From NCBI GenBank assembly GCA_963793865.1, contig CAWCBP010000001.1:320001-384000 (forward strand): 64,000 nucleotides of DNA. The letters are read 5' to 3'. Source of the stretch: an uncultured delta proteobacterium (GTDB taxonomy: Bacteria > Desulfobacterota > WTBG01). Positions 42,558 through 51,511 of the stretch are shown here, one piece after another (positions within the stretch are counted from its first letter, which is position 1; each line of letters starts with the position of its first letter). The position numbers and the translations under genes are program-made. Under the pieces are notes generated by a model. It worked only from the letters and a program-made list of their open reading frames with translations, was not told the DNA's origin and ran no database searches.

Positions 42558-43001
42558 ATGTTTTCTTTGTTGAAGCGGTATGAAAAATTCACGGTGTCCG
42601 TCCTCATGATCATGATGGCGGTTGTTTTAGGCCTGGCAACGCTCGATCTCGGCTGGCTGATTGTGAAGGATGTGATAACCACCCCCTATCTTCTGCTTGA
42701 TATCAGCGAACTGCTTGACATATTCGGTCTTTTCATGCTGGTGCTCATCGGCATTGAGCTTCTTGAAACCATCATGAAAACATATTTGATGGACGGCACA
42801 CCACATTTTGAAGTCGTGCTCTCCGTGGCCATCATCGCCATAGCGCGAAAAGTCATCATTCTGGACGTCAAGGAGGTGGAGAGCTTAAGCCTGTTCGGCA
42901 TAGCCGCCATAGTCATCGCCTTGACCGCGGGTTACTATCTTATGAAAAGAAGCCAGGTGCCGGAAGGCAAGGCTTCTGAGATGCAGAAACAGGTCGGTTA
43001 G
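42558..43001 (+). CDS. PsiE-family membrane protein
   Basis: Four TMs; LIGIELLET, IAIARKVII. Confidence 0.85.
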   Translation: MFSLLKRYEKFTVSVLMIMMAVVLGLATLDLGWLIVKDVITTPYLLLDISELLDIFGLFMLVLIGIELLETIMKTYLMDGTPHFEVVLSVAIIAIARKVIILDVKEVESLSLFGIAAIVIALTAGYYLMKRSQVPEGKASEMQKQVG

Positions 43002-43030
43002 CCGTAACTTTTTTGTGAAAGGAGGGCACG

Positions 43031-43495
43031 ATGAGCATGATGAAGGAGTTCAAGGATTTCGCCATGAAGGGCAATGTTGTGGATATGGCCGTGGGCATCG
43101 TCATCGGCGGAGCATTTGGAACGATTATCAAGAGCCTGGTTGATGACGTCCTGATGCCGCCCATCGGGATGCTCCTCGGCGGTGTGGATTTCTCCAATAT
43201 ATTTGTTTTGCTTAAGGAGGGCGCCAAGGCGGCTGCTCCCTATGCCGGCCTGGCTGATGCGAAAACCGCCGGCGCGGTTACCATCAACTTCGGGCTGTTT
43301 TTTAATGCGGTTATCAGTTTTCTTATTGTTGCCTTTGCCATTTTCCTGCTCATTCGCGGCATGAACGCCATGCGGCGGCAGCAGGAGGCGCCCCCGGCGG
43401 CGCCAACCACCAGGGAGTGCCCCTTTTGCTTTTCAGCCATAGCCATCAAGGCCAGCCGCTGTCCCCAGTGCACCTCGGAAATCAAGGCCGCATAG
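43031..43495 (+). CDS. mscL: Large-conductance mechanosensitive channel with C-terminal CxxC...CxxC tail
   Basis: EFKDFAMKGNVVDMAVGIVIGGAF; tail CPFC...CPQC. Confidence 0.96.
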   Translation: MSMMKEFKDFAMKGNVVDMAVGIVIGGAFGTIIKSLVDDVLMPPIGMLLGGVDFSNIFVLLKEGAKAAAPYAGLADAKTAGAVTINFGLFFNAVISFLIVAFAIFLLIRGMNAMRRQQEAPPAAPTTRECPFCFSAIAIKASRCPQCTSEIKAA

Positions 43496-43527
43496 GATGA
43501 CCGGATGCCTGAGCACTTCAAACGGAT

Positions 43528-43558
43528 GGGTGCGGCAGCAATGCTGCGCCCTTTTTTC
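43528..43558 (+). terminator. Intrinsic terminator after mscL
   Basis: GGGTGCGGCA-gcaa-TGCTGCGCCC followed by a T run. Confidence 0.75.
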
Positions 43559-43579
43559 ATTCATATATAACCCGTAGCC

Positions 43580-44567
43580 ATGAAATTTGAGAAAGCAGTT
43601 CACAACGGGGTAGAGTACCGCTTTGACCCTTTAACCGGCTGCCAGACCCGCATTAATCCCGCCCGCGCCAGGCGGCTCATGCAGTCCGCCCCTGCCGGCT
43701 AGCGACAGCAGGGCCTGGATAGATTCCACCAGGGATTCATGCCCCTTCTGCCGCGAAACACTGATGAAGTCCACCCCTTGTTTTTCAGCTGATTTCTGTA
43801 GGGAAGGACGTTTCAAAGCGGGAGAGGGTTATATTTTCCCCAACCTCAACCCCTTTTCGCAGCACCACGCGGTGGCAACGCTTTGTCACCAGCACTTCCT
43901 CGATCTGGACCAGTTTGATGAAGGGATGATTGCCGGCAGCCTCAGGGGAGGAAGAGATTATTTCCGCTCCGTGCATGCGTATGACCGTGAGGCGAGGTGG
44001 CCGGTATACATCTGGAATTACCTGCCGCCATCGGCGGGCAGCATCATACATCCCCACGTTCAGCTCATGGTGGAGCGTGAGCCCGTGCCGGAGCTCAGGC
44101 TGATTCTGGAAAAGGCACGGCACTATTATGAAGCGACAGGAAAAAACTACTGGGATGATTTACTGGAAGCGGAAAAGAGAGCCGGCGAAAGGTATATAGG
44201 ATCCGTTGGGAACATCGGGCTCATCGCCAGCTTCTCGCCACGGGGATTCAGAGAGGTAACGGTCATGCTGCCGGGAGAAAGCTCGTTCGGCAGCCTGGAC
44301 GATGAAACGATCTCGGTGCTTGCCGGGTGCTTCACGCGATTGCTGAAATGCTATAAGTCCATGGGAGTGGGAAGCTTTAACCTGGTATCTTTTTCGTCCT
44401 TCCCGGATGAACATCTGCCGCACTTCACGCTGCACTTCAAAATGGTTTCCCGGCCTTATCCGCGGAATGTCTACACCAATGACAGCGGCCCCTTTGAGCG
44501 GTTCTATGACATATGGGTGATCGATACCCTGCCTGAGGATGTGGCGGTGTCTGCAGGGAGATTATAG
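43580..44567 (+). CDS. GalT/HIT-family nucleotidyltransferase, split by one extra base near 43690
   Basis: YRFDPLTG..RARR from ATG 43580, then CPFC and SIIHPHVQ (HxH) in the next frame. Confidence 0.8.
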
Positions 44568-44626
44568 GACAGCAAAGGGAGGCAGAAGGGGGTGTCTGAG
44601 TCTATACCCTGACCCTGTTTTTTTAA

Positions 44627-44742
44627 CCACGAAGCACACGAAGGAAAGACACGAAGCACACGAAGAGAAAAATATGAAATCGTAGGGGCAGGCCCCTGTG
44701 CCTGCCCGGATATCCAGGGCAACCACGGGGGGTTGCCCCTAC
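44627..44742. repeat. CACGAA 9-mer tract followed by a REP family B doublet
   Basis: ccacgaagcacacgaaggaaagacacgaagcacacgaa; similar at 47776-47815 and inverted near 7286-7325. Confidence 0.75.
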
Positions 44743-44921
44743 GCCTTATTATCTTTCTTCGTGCTTTTCCAATAGATCATAAGGTTTGCCAACGCTCAGC
44801 GTTCATCCTTTCAAAAACCATCCCGGTAGAACAATTTCCCTCAAGTTATCCGCGCAGCATACGATATGTATCTTGTGCCCCGGCATGTTTTAATCCGAAC
44901 ATTATTTATCTCTCCGACATC

Positions 44922-45879
44922 ATGCGAAAAGCATATCTGATCTGCGCTATCATTGTCCTTCTTGCCCCCCTGGCCGTGTCTGCGGCAGATCCGGTGGAGC
45001 ACTTTCCCTGCCCGCCGAAGATGAAAACCAGCACTGACTTCTGGAAAAGGATTTACACTGAGGTCGGCAACCGGGAAGGGCTGATACATGACAGCGAAAA
45101 TTTGAAGATCGTGTATGAGGTATTCCCGAGCCCTCAGCCAGACAGCCCCAGCCGTAAAATGGAGATTAAAAGCCGGCTGGGTTATTATGAGCATCAGCTC
45201 AGGAGGCTGGCAGAGAACCCGGACAGCCCGGATCCCTCCTTAAGGAAAATTGCGGCATGCTGGAGAGATGTGACAACCTGATGCGGGGACGTATCTTGCC
45301 GCTTCGCAGCGGGTGCGCTTTCAGCGGGGGCAGAGGGAAAATTTTCTGGCCGGACTCAGGCGCTCCGACAGGTATCTTCCCGCGATGAAAAAAATCCTGA
45401 AACAGGAAGGGGTCCCTGAAGATCTGGTGTACTTGCCTCACGTGGAAAGTTCTTTTAACTGTCAGGCACGGTCGAAGGCGGGGGCGGTGGGGATGTGGCA
45501 GTTTCTTCGTGGAACGGGGAAACAGTATCTGACCATCAATAAGCGTGTTGACCAGAGGAAAGACCCTCTGCTGTCAACCAGGGCCGCGGCCCGCCTGCTG
45601 CGTGATAACTATGCAAGGCTGCAAAGCTGGCCGCTGGCGCTCATTGCCTATAATTATGGAACCAACGGGCTGGTGAGGGCAACCGAAGAGCACAACACCA
45701 GCGATTTTGAGTATATCCTTGACAACCACAAGGAGAGAACATTCAGGTTTGCCTCCAGAAATTTCTATGCTGAATTTCTGGCCGCAAAGGAGATCGCCCG
45801 GAATCCTGACAGGTATTTTAAGGAAATGAAATTCGTGAAGGGCGGGCGTAATGAAAAGAGTGCTTGCTCGGAAGGGTAA
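44922..45879 (+). CDS. MltD-like lytic transglycosylase, split by one extra base near 45275
   Basis: Signal peptide; FWKRIY; PHVESSF, AVGMWQF, AYNYG, ASRNFYAEFLAA. Confidence 0.85.
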
Positions 45880-45990
45880 TGCCGGAATCAATGCATATCT
45901 TGCCACAAGCAGGACACCAAAAGGCAGCTTTGAGGCTGTCGGAGATTAATCAACACCACTCATTTAATATTGCTTAGGATTCCTGAAAAG

Positions 45991-46016
45991 AAAAAGCCCG
46001 ATGCGATCGGGCTTTT
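45991..46016. terminator. Bidirectional terminator downstream of the tRNA pair
   Basis: AAAAGCCCGAT-gcg-ATCGGGCTTTT. Confidence 0.8.
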
Positions 46017-46023
46017 GAATTTC

Positions 46024-46099
46024 TGGAGGCGGCATCCGGACTCGAACCGGAGCATAAAGGTTTTGCAGACCTCTCCCTTAGCCACTTGGGTATGCCGCC
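46024..46099 (-). tRNA. tRNA-Cys(GCA)
   Basis: Reverse complement GGCGGCATACCCAAGTGGCTAAGGGAGAGGTCTGCAAAACCTTTATGCTCCGGTTCGAGTCCGGATGCCGCCTCCA; cloverleaf with encoded CCA. Confidence 0.97.
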
Positions 46100-46106
46100 A
46101 TTACAA

Positions 46107-46181
46107 TGGAGCGGGAAACGGGATTTGAACCCGCGACCTCAACCTTGGCAAGGTTGCACTCTACCGCTGAGTTATTCCCGC
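46107..46181 (-). tRNA. tRNA-Gly(GCC)
   Basis: Reverse complement GCGGGAATAACTCAGCGGTAGAGTGCAACCTTGCCAAGGTTGAGGTCGCGGGTTCAAATCCCGTTTCCCGCTCCA. Confidence 0.97.
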
Positions 46182-46192
46182 TTTGTCAGTGA

Positions 46193-46221
46193 ATAATACA
46201 AAATTTAAATCCTTATGTCTA
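46193..46221 (-). promoter_or_regulatory. Probable promoter of the tRNA pair
   Basis: Minus strand TAGACA-17 nt-TATTAT just upstream of tRNA-Gly. Confidence 0.55.
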
Positions 46222-46471
46222 GGAATTTTTGCTCACCTGAAACAAATTAAAACTTTGCAGCCATGACTGTTTCATCATAGAATCGGTTATTTCCTCAAAT
46301 ACTTAAACACAATTAAATAAATTATTAATTATCAGATAGATAGACGTTTTATTCAGATTGCGGTCAATATTCTATTTTCATTAATTTCTTTAATATTTTC
46401 AATATTATACATATTAATTACATGTATCTCGTAAAATACTTTTTAAAATATATGTTAATTCAATTTTTATC

Positions 46472-46500
46472 TTGCATTTTAATATGTTTATTGCTATAAT
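46472..46500 (+). promoter_or_regulatory. Strong sigma70-type promoter
   Basis: TTGCAT-17 nt-TATAAT with extended -10 TGn and a very AT-rich upstream region. Confidence 0.7.
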
Positions 46501-46506
46501 CTTTAT

Positions 46507-46576
46507 CGGCTTAACGCCTCTCCTTTCTTACGAGAGAAGGATGGTAGATTTATCTATCGTCCTTCTCTCCGTTTTT
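46507..46576 (+). ncRNA. Candidate small RNA or attenuator leader
   Basis: Promoter directly upstream; CCTCTCCTTTC tract; 17-bp stem (46532-46569) followed by CGTTTTT. Confidence 0.5.
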
Positions 46577-46702
46577 GGCCCCGGGAATTATAATTGCACT
46601 TCATTTTGCTGCTCAGTACGTATCCTTCCATTAATAAACTTGCGGGCGGTATTGAAAATTGATACAAATAGTCTCCCATTATTCCTGTCCGGAACATAGC
46701 CC

Positions 46703-47641
46703 ATGGGATTGCCCTGGTACCTGGATTTTTTTACCTACTATCTGCGCTGCAGAGTGCTCAATAAGAAAAGCCCCATCCTGGCAGGATTCAAAATAACCGG
46801 TCGCTGCAACCTTACCTGTGTCCACTGTCCCTTCTGGAAGCGTCCCGCGCCTTTACCCCTCACCTTTAGCCGGGTACAGGCGCTGTTGCTGGAACTGTAC
46901 CGTCACGGTGTCAGGATCCTGATCCTTGAAGGGGGTGAGCCGTTTCTCTGGAAGGACGGGGAGCATACCATTCATGACGTGGTGGACATGGCGCGATCGC
47001 TGTTTTTGAGTGTCGGCATTACCACCAATGGCACCTTTCCGCTGCGGACCAACGCCAACACCATCTGGGTAAGCATCGATGGTCTCAGGGACACCCATAA
47101 CCGGATACGGGACAACAGCTTTGATACGGCCATGGCGCATATTAAGAGTTCAAGCCATCCTAATGTTTTCGCGAACATCACCATCAATAGAATGAATGCT
47201 GCCGAGATTCCTGATCTGGTCACGTTCCTCAAGGGCGCGGTAAAGGGCATCACCATCCAGTTTCATTACCCCTATGAAAAGGATGATACCCTTGCCCTTA
47301 CTTTCGCGGAAAGAAGGGTAGTGCTCGATAACCTGATCCGCCTGAAGAACGATGGCTATCCGCTTGCTGATTCCTATCGTGCGCTCGAGGCCTTGAAAGG
47401 CAATTCCTGGCAATGCCGGGATTGGATGCTGGCAAACGTGGAGCCGGACGGTACCATTAATCTCGGATGTTATGTTAAAGGGCGGGGTGACATCCAGTGC
47501 GCGCGATGCGGGTTCGCCGCTCACACGGAGATTTCGCTTGCCTACGGATGGCATGTCCCGTCCATCCTGGCCGGGAGGAGGATTTTCAGGTACGGAAGAG
47601 GAGGAAAACAGGTGATGCAGGATGGAGCAGTCCACAGTTGA
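46703..47641 (+). CDS. Radical SAM protein with C-terminal Cys-rich (twitch/DUF3463-like) domain
   Basis: CNLTCVHC, GGEP, TTNG, VSIDG; tail C...GC...CxxCGF..HTE. Confidence 0.85.
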   Translation: MGLPWYLDFFTYYLRCRVLNKKSPILAGFKITGRCNLTCVHCPFWKRPAPLPLTFSRVQALLLELYRHGVRILILEGGEPFLWKDGEHTIHDVVDMARSLFLSVGITTNGTFPLRTNANTIWVSIDGLRDTHNRIRDNSFDTAMAHIKSSSHPNVFANITINRMNAAEIPDLVTFLKGAVKGITIQFHYPYEKDDTLALTFAERRVVLDNLIRLKNDGYPLADSYRALEALKGNSWQCRDWMLANVEPDGTINLGCYVKGRGDIQCARCGFAAHTEISLAYGWHVPSILAGRRIFRYGRGGKQVMQDGAVHS

Positions 47642-48130
47642 AAGTCCACGGATCGACAGTCTGAATACCGGTGATTCCGGTACTCCAACTTTGCAATATT
47701 AACAGGGCTCCTGAGCAGCCGATCAACTGCAAACTGTATCTTGTACTCCTCACCCCTGTCACCCTGTTTTTGTAACCACGAAGCACACGAAGGAAAAGCA
47801 GAAGAGCACGAAGAAAGGCATTGAATCGTAGGGGCAACCCCCTGTGGTTGCCCCCACAGTCCAATTTCTCAGGCGCACCGCGCCTTCGAAATGACAATGT
47901 AGAGTTTGCCATCCTGCGACTTGATCGCAGGATACAATAGCAACTGGAGGGATGCACTCCGTTGCGGTCGAATATATTATGCGGCCATGACAGAGCATGG
48001 CCCTCCAACATTTGAGATTCAACGTTCGACGTTGGAAGTTGGATGTTGAAGGTTCACCTTTTAAAATGTCGACCATGGACTGTGGACCGTCGATCGCTTT
48101 TCCCTGAACCCTGACCCCTGTACCCTCTTT
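47640..48130. repeat. Mosaic of several REP and microsatellite families
   Basis: 9-mer tract, REP-B half, CATCCTGCGACTTGATCGCAGGAT hairpin (also near 58785), REP-D, 7-mer tracts. Confidence 0.75.
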
Positions 48131-48133
48131 TTT

Positions 48134-48694
48134 ATGCCCGACGTCCCTCAAAAACTCCTGCTCCATGTCTGCTGCGCGCCGTGCTCTCCCCACGTGATAG
48201 GATTGCTGCAAAAGGAGTTCGAGCTTACCGCCTATTTTTACAATCCCAACATTCATCCGCGGGAGGAATATGAGCGCCGGCTGGGTGAAGTGGAGCGCTA
48301 CTGCAAAGAAAACAATATTCCACTGGTGACAGGGGAATACGACACTGGCCGCTGGTTTACCGCGGTTGAGGGGATGGAAGAAGAGAAAGAGGGCGGCCGG
48401 CGGTGTGAAATCTGCTATCGGGTGAGGCTTGAAAAAACAGCGCTTGCCGCGCGGGATCACGGCATGAGCTGCTTTGCCGCCACCCTGACGGTAAGCCCCT
48501 ATAAAAAAGCATTGGTCATCAACCGCATTGGGCGTGAGGTCGGTGAGCAGTGCGCGGTGACGTTTTATGAAGCAGATTTTAAAAAGCAGGACGGTTTTAA
48601 AAAGAGCTGCGAGCTGAGCAAACACTATAACTTCTACCGCCAGACCTACTGCGGCTGCATCTACAGCATTCCCCGCGACAGAGCCCAGACTTAG
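48134..48694 (+). CDS. queH: Cobalamin-independent epoxyqueuosine reductase (DUF208)
   Basis: LLLHVCCAPCS, FYNPNIHP, RCEICY, YRQTYCGCIYS. Confidence 0.93.
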   Translation: MPDVPQKLLLHVCCAPCSPHVIGLLQKEFELTAYFYNPNIHPREEYERRLGEVERYCKENNIPLVTGEYDTGRWFTAVEGMEEEKEGGRRCEICYRVRLEKTALAARDHGMSCFAATLTVSPYKKALVINRIGREVGEQCAVTFYEADFKKQDGFKKSCELSKHYNFYRQTYCGCIYSIPRDRAQT

Positions 48695-48803
48695 CAGTTG
48701 AAAAGCATTGAGAAATCATATACAAATAGGGCCATATGCCAAAGCGTTTTTCAAGTATGCTTATCAGCAAGCCGGTTACTGCCTGTTTTAAAAAGGATGG
48801 CCC

Positions 48804-49577
48804 ATGAAATCTTTTGAAATGATCACCATTCCGCCGAGGGAGGAGAAACCCAGAAAGAGGGGCCTTACCAATGTCCTCGATAAAGGCTTGGGGTATTATG
48901 CCGCATTGGACCTGGTGGAACAGGCAGCGGAGTACATTGACCTCGTAAAACTGGGGTGGGGTACGGCGCGGTTAATCAGCGAAGAGACCGTTAAGAAGAA
49001 AGTAGCGCTCTTTACCGGGAACGGGATTTCGGTGGGCAACGGCGGAACATTTTTGGAGATTGCCCATCGCCAGGGGAAGGTAAGAGAGTTTTTCCAAACG
49101 GCCCGCCGCATCGGACTCAACGCCATCGAGGTGTCAAACGGAGTGGTTCCCATCGGCATGGAAGCGAAGCAGAAACTTATTGCCGAAGCGAGATCAATGG
49201 GTTTTGAGGTCATATCTGAAATAGGGAAAAAGGATCCCGCGGAAGATGCGCGGCTTTCAATGGCGGAAAGGGTGGAAGAGGCAAAGAGGGACATGGAGGC
49301 GGGCGCATCCAGGATCATTATTGAGGCGCGGGAGGGCGGCAAGGGCCTGGGCATATACGATGACAGCGGAAGCGTCAAGGAGGACATGGTTGCGTCGCTG
49401 GTTGAAGCCATTGGTCTGGACAACATTATTTTCGAGGCGCCCGAGAAGAGCCAGCAGACCTATCTCATTCTTAATCTTGGCATTCATGTCAACCTGGGGA
49501 ATATACGGCCTGATGATGTCATCCCCCTCGAAACGTTGAGGAGGGGACTGCGGGGTGATACCCTTGGGAAGGTGTAG
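48804..49577 (+). CDS. comA: (2R)-phospho-3-sulfolactate synthase
   Basis: RGLTNVLDKG, VKLGWGT, GGT, EIGKK, IEARE, IFEAP..SQQ, VNLGN, LETLRRGLRGDT. Confidence 0.95.
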   Translation: MKSFEMITIPPREEKPRKRGLTNVLDKGLGYYAALDLVEQAAEYIDLVKLGWGTARLISEETVKKKVALFTGNGISVGNGGTFLEIAHRQGKVREFFQTARRIGLNAIEVSNGVVPIGMEAKQKLIAEARSMGFEVISEIGKKDPAEDARLSMAERVEEAKRDMEAGASRIIIEAREGGKGLGIYDDSGSVKEDMVASLVEAIGLDNIIFEAPEKSQQTYLILNLGIHVNLGNIRPDDVIPLETLRRGLRGDTLGKV

Positions 49578-50355
49578 AATCAGCGCGGGCCTGAAGGGCG
49601 CGAAGGGAACAAAACCCGGCGAACAGTGCGTGATCATCGATGTTTTGCGGGCATCGAGCACCATCGTGACCGCGCTTGCCCATGGGGTTTCGGAGATCCG
49701 CGCCGTTGGGAGCATAGACGAGGCGCTGTCCCTGCGGCGGAAAAAGTATGCCGTGGCCGGTGAACGCCGGTGCCTTCCCATCCCGGGATTTGACCTGGGG
49801 AATTCACCGGTCGAATTACTCCGTGCCCTGAAAAGACGCCCCATAAAAAAGATGGTCCTGACCACCAGCAACTTGACCCGCGTCCTGGTCACCTGCAAAA
49901 AGGCTTTCATCTGCTCCAGCCTTAATCTTGCTGCTGTGAGCAGGCTCATTGCACATGAAAATGTTAACATTGTAGCCGTTGGCGGTCCCCACGGCATCGT
50001 GGAGGACCTGGGGGTGGCTCTGGCTCTCATGCTTAAAGTGCAGGGCGTGCGGCTGGGGAAGCGGTTGATTCAGCAGATGATTATCCAGTCGCCTGCGGCG
50101 CAGCACCTAATCAGTGTCGGTTACGGTGACGATGTAAAATTCATCTGCGGGGTTGACCGGTATGACCTGGTGCCGGTATATGAGAAGGGTAGGGTTGTGC
50201 AGATAAGGCCTGGATCCCCGCTTTACGCGGGGATGACAGTCGAGACAGATTGTATAGAAAGAGCATGTCATTCCCGCGAAAGCGGGAATGCCAATCGTAT
50301 TTTCATTGTTACTTCCACGACGGAACGCGGTCCTGCAACATTTGACAGGCAGTGA
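49555..50355 (+). CDS. comB: 2-phosphosulfolactate phosphatase; last ~45 codons run through a REP pair
   Basis: IDVLRASSTIVTAL, GER...GFDLGNSP, TTSN, ED motif; start overlaps the comA end. Confidence 0.9.
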   Translation: MIPLGRCRISAGLKGAKGTKPGEQCVIIDVLRASSTIVTALAHGVSEIRAVGSIDEALSLRRKKYAVAGERRCLPIPGFDLGNSPVELLRALKRRPIKKMVLTTSNLTRVLVTCKKAFICSSLNLAAVSRLIAHENVNIVAVGGPHGIVEDLGVALALMLKVQGVRLGKRLIQQMIIQSPAAQHLISVGYGDDVKFICGVDRYDLVPVYEKGRVVQIRPGSPLYAGMTVETDCIERACHSRESGNANRIFIVTSTTERGPATFDRQ

Positions 50356-50459
50356 AAAAGTGTTTTTTATTCGACGTTGGATGTTGGAAGTTGAAGTTCG
50401 ACGTTTGTCTTGAAAATGAACCACCCTTGCTCTCCCAACCCCAATGTGATAATTGTGGC

Positions 50460-50963
50460 ATGAACTCCCCCATTGATGACGCGATTGTTGAGTGCATGCT
50501 GGCAGAAGGCATCGATTTTGTCTGCAGCCTGCCCTGTAACATGCTGACGGGTGTCCTGAAGCGAATTGACAGGGCGCCGGTGCTCCATGTACCCGTCACC
50601 AGGGAGGAAGAGGGTGTGGGAATAGCTGCCGGTGCCTCGCTGGGAGGCAAAAGGCCGGCCCTGCTCATGCAAAACTCGGGACTGGGCAACACGATTAATG
50701 CGCTCCTCTCCCTGACCAAATTGTACGGCCTGCCGCTGCCCCTTATCATCAGCCAGCGCGGGGGGAAGGGTGAGAAGGTCCTGGCACAGATGCCCATGGG
50801 CAAGGCACTCCCCAATCTTCTCAAGGCGGCCCGGATCGACTATGTCCGGATAAAAAAGCGGGATGATTTTATTAAGATGAGAAGGATGATTCATAAAGCT
50901 CTTCACAACAACCGGGTTGCCGCGGTCATACTTATGAGGTCGCTCTGGGATGAAGCGAATTGA
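50460..50963 (+). CDS. comD: Sulfopyruvate decarboxylase alpha subunit
   Basis: SLPC, TREEEGVGIAAGA, MQNSGLGN.INAL.SL, QRG, AQMPMG. Confidence 0.9.
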   Translation: MNSPIDDAIVECMLAEGIDFVCSLPCNMLTGVLKRIDRAPVLHVPVTREEEGVGIAAGASLGGKRPALLMQNSGLGNTINALLSLTKLYGLPLPLIISQRGGKGEKVLAQMPMGKALPNLLKAARIDYVRIKKRDDFIKMRRMIHKALHNNRVAAVILMRSLWDEAN

Positions 50964-51504
50964 AGTAATCGGCGCGGTTGCGGCGCGGCAGGGACTGATC
51001 GTCTGCAACCTGGGGCTGCCGAGCAGGGAGCTGTACTCGCTCTCCGATAAGCCCTCCCACTTCTACATGCTTGGCTCCATGGGAATGGCGAGCTCAATCG
51101 GCCTGGGGCTGGCGCTGGCGCAAAAAAAGCGGGTCTATGTTATTGACGGCGATGGTTCGCTGCTCATGAACCTGGGATCGCTTGCAACCATAGCGCAGCA
51201 CGCGCCGAAAAATTATTGCCTGGTTGTTGTCGACAACAAGGGTTACGGGAGCACCGGCCACCAGCCTACCGCAACTGCCGGCAGGACGGATCTCGCAGGC
51301 ATTGCACGCGCTGCAGGCATAAACCGTGTAAAGACGGTAGCGGTTCTCAAAGACCTTGAGGATTGCTTGGACCAGCACCAGGATGAATCTTTGGTGGTTA
51401 TTGCCATGACAGATGCCTCGAGCGCAGAGGTGCCCCTTGTGCCCTTGCTTCCGGGTTTTATAAGCACGAGATTCAAAGAAGAAGTTATGAGGGAAAACAG
51501 ATGA
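50950..51504 (+). CDS. comE: Sulfopyruvate decarboxylase beta subunit
   Basis: NLGLPSREL, FYMLGSMGMASSIGLG, ThDP motif DGDGS...DN, YGSTG.Q; overlaps the comD end. Confidence 0.9.
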   Translation: MKRIEVIGAVAARQGLIVCNLGLPSRELYSLSDKPSHFYMLGSMGMASSIGLGLALAQKKRVYVIDGDGSLLMNLGSLATIAQHAPKNYCLVVVDNKGYGSTGHQPTATAGRTDLAGIARAAGINRVKTVAVLKDLEDCLDQHQDESLVVIAMTDASSAEVPLVPLLPGFISTRFKEEVMRENR

Positions 51505-51511
51505 GTGCAGT

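Noticed and set aside
45279..45281. TGA in the lytic transglycosylase as a recoded stop
   Set aside because: The SLT domain lies in another frame; a single extra base explains it
45880..46023. Integrative element at the tRNA 3' end
   Set aside because: No integrase or duplicated tRNA 3' fragment seen; only a terminator follows
46200..46500. AT-rich tract as a replication origin
   Set aside because: No TTATCCACA-type DnaA box cluster seen; better explained by divergent promoters
47759..48133. ORFs spanning the repeat stacks (also 4539-4790, 7143-7337, 44733-44921, 50352-50459)
   Set aside because: Translations are REP-derived (VGATGRSPL, GATTGGCPY, VGAGPCACP) and not credible proteins or N-termini
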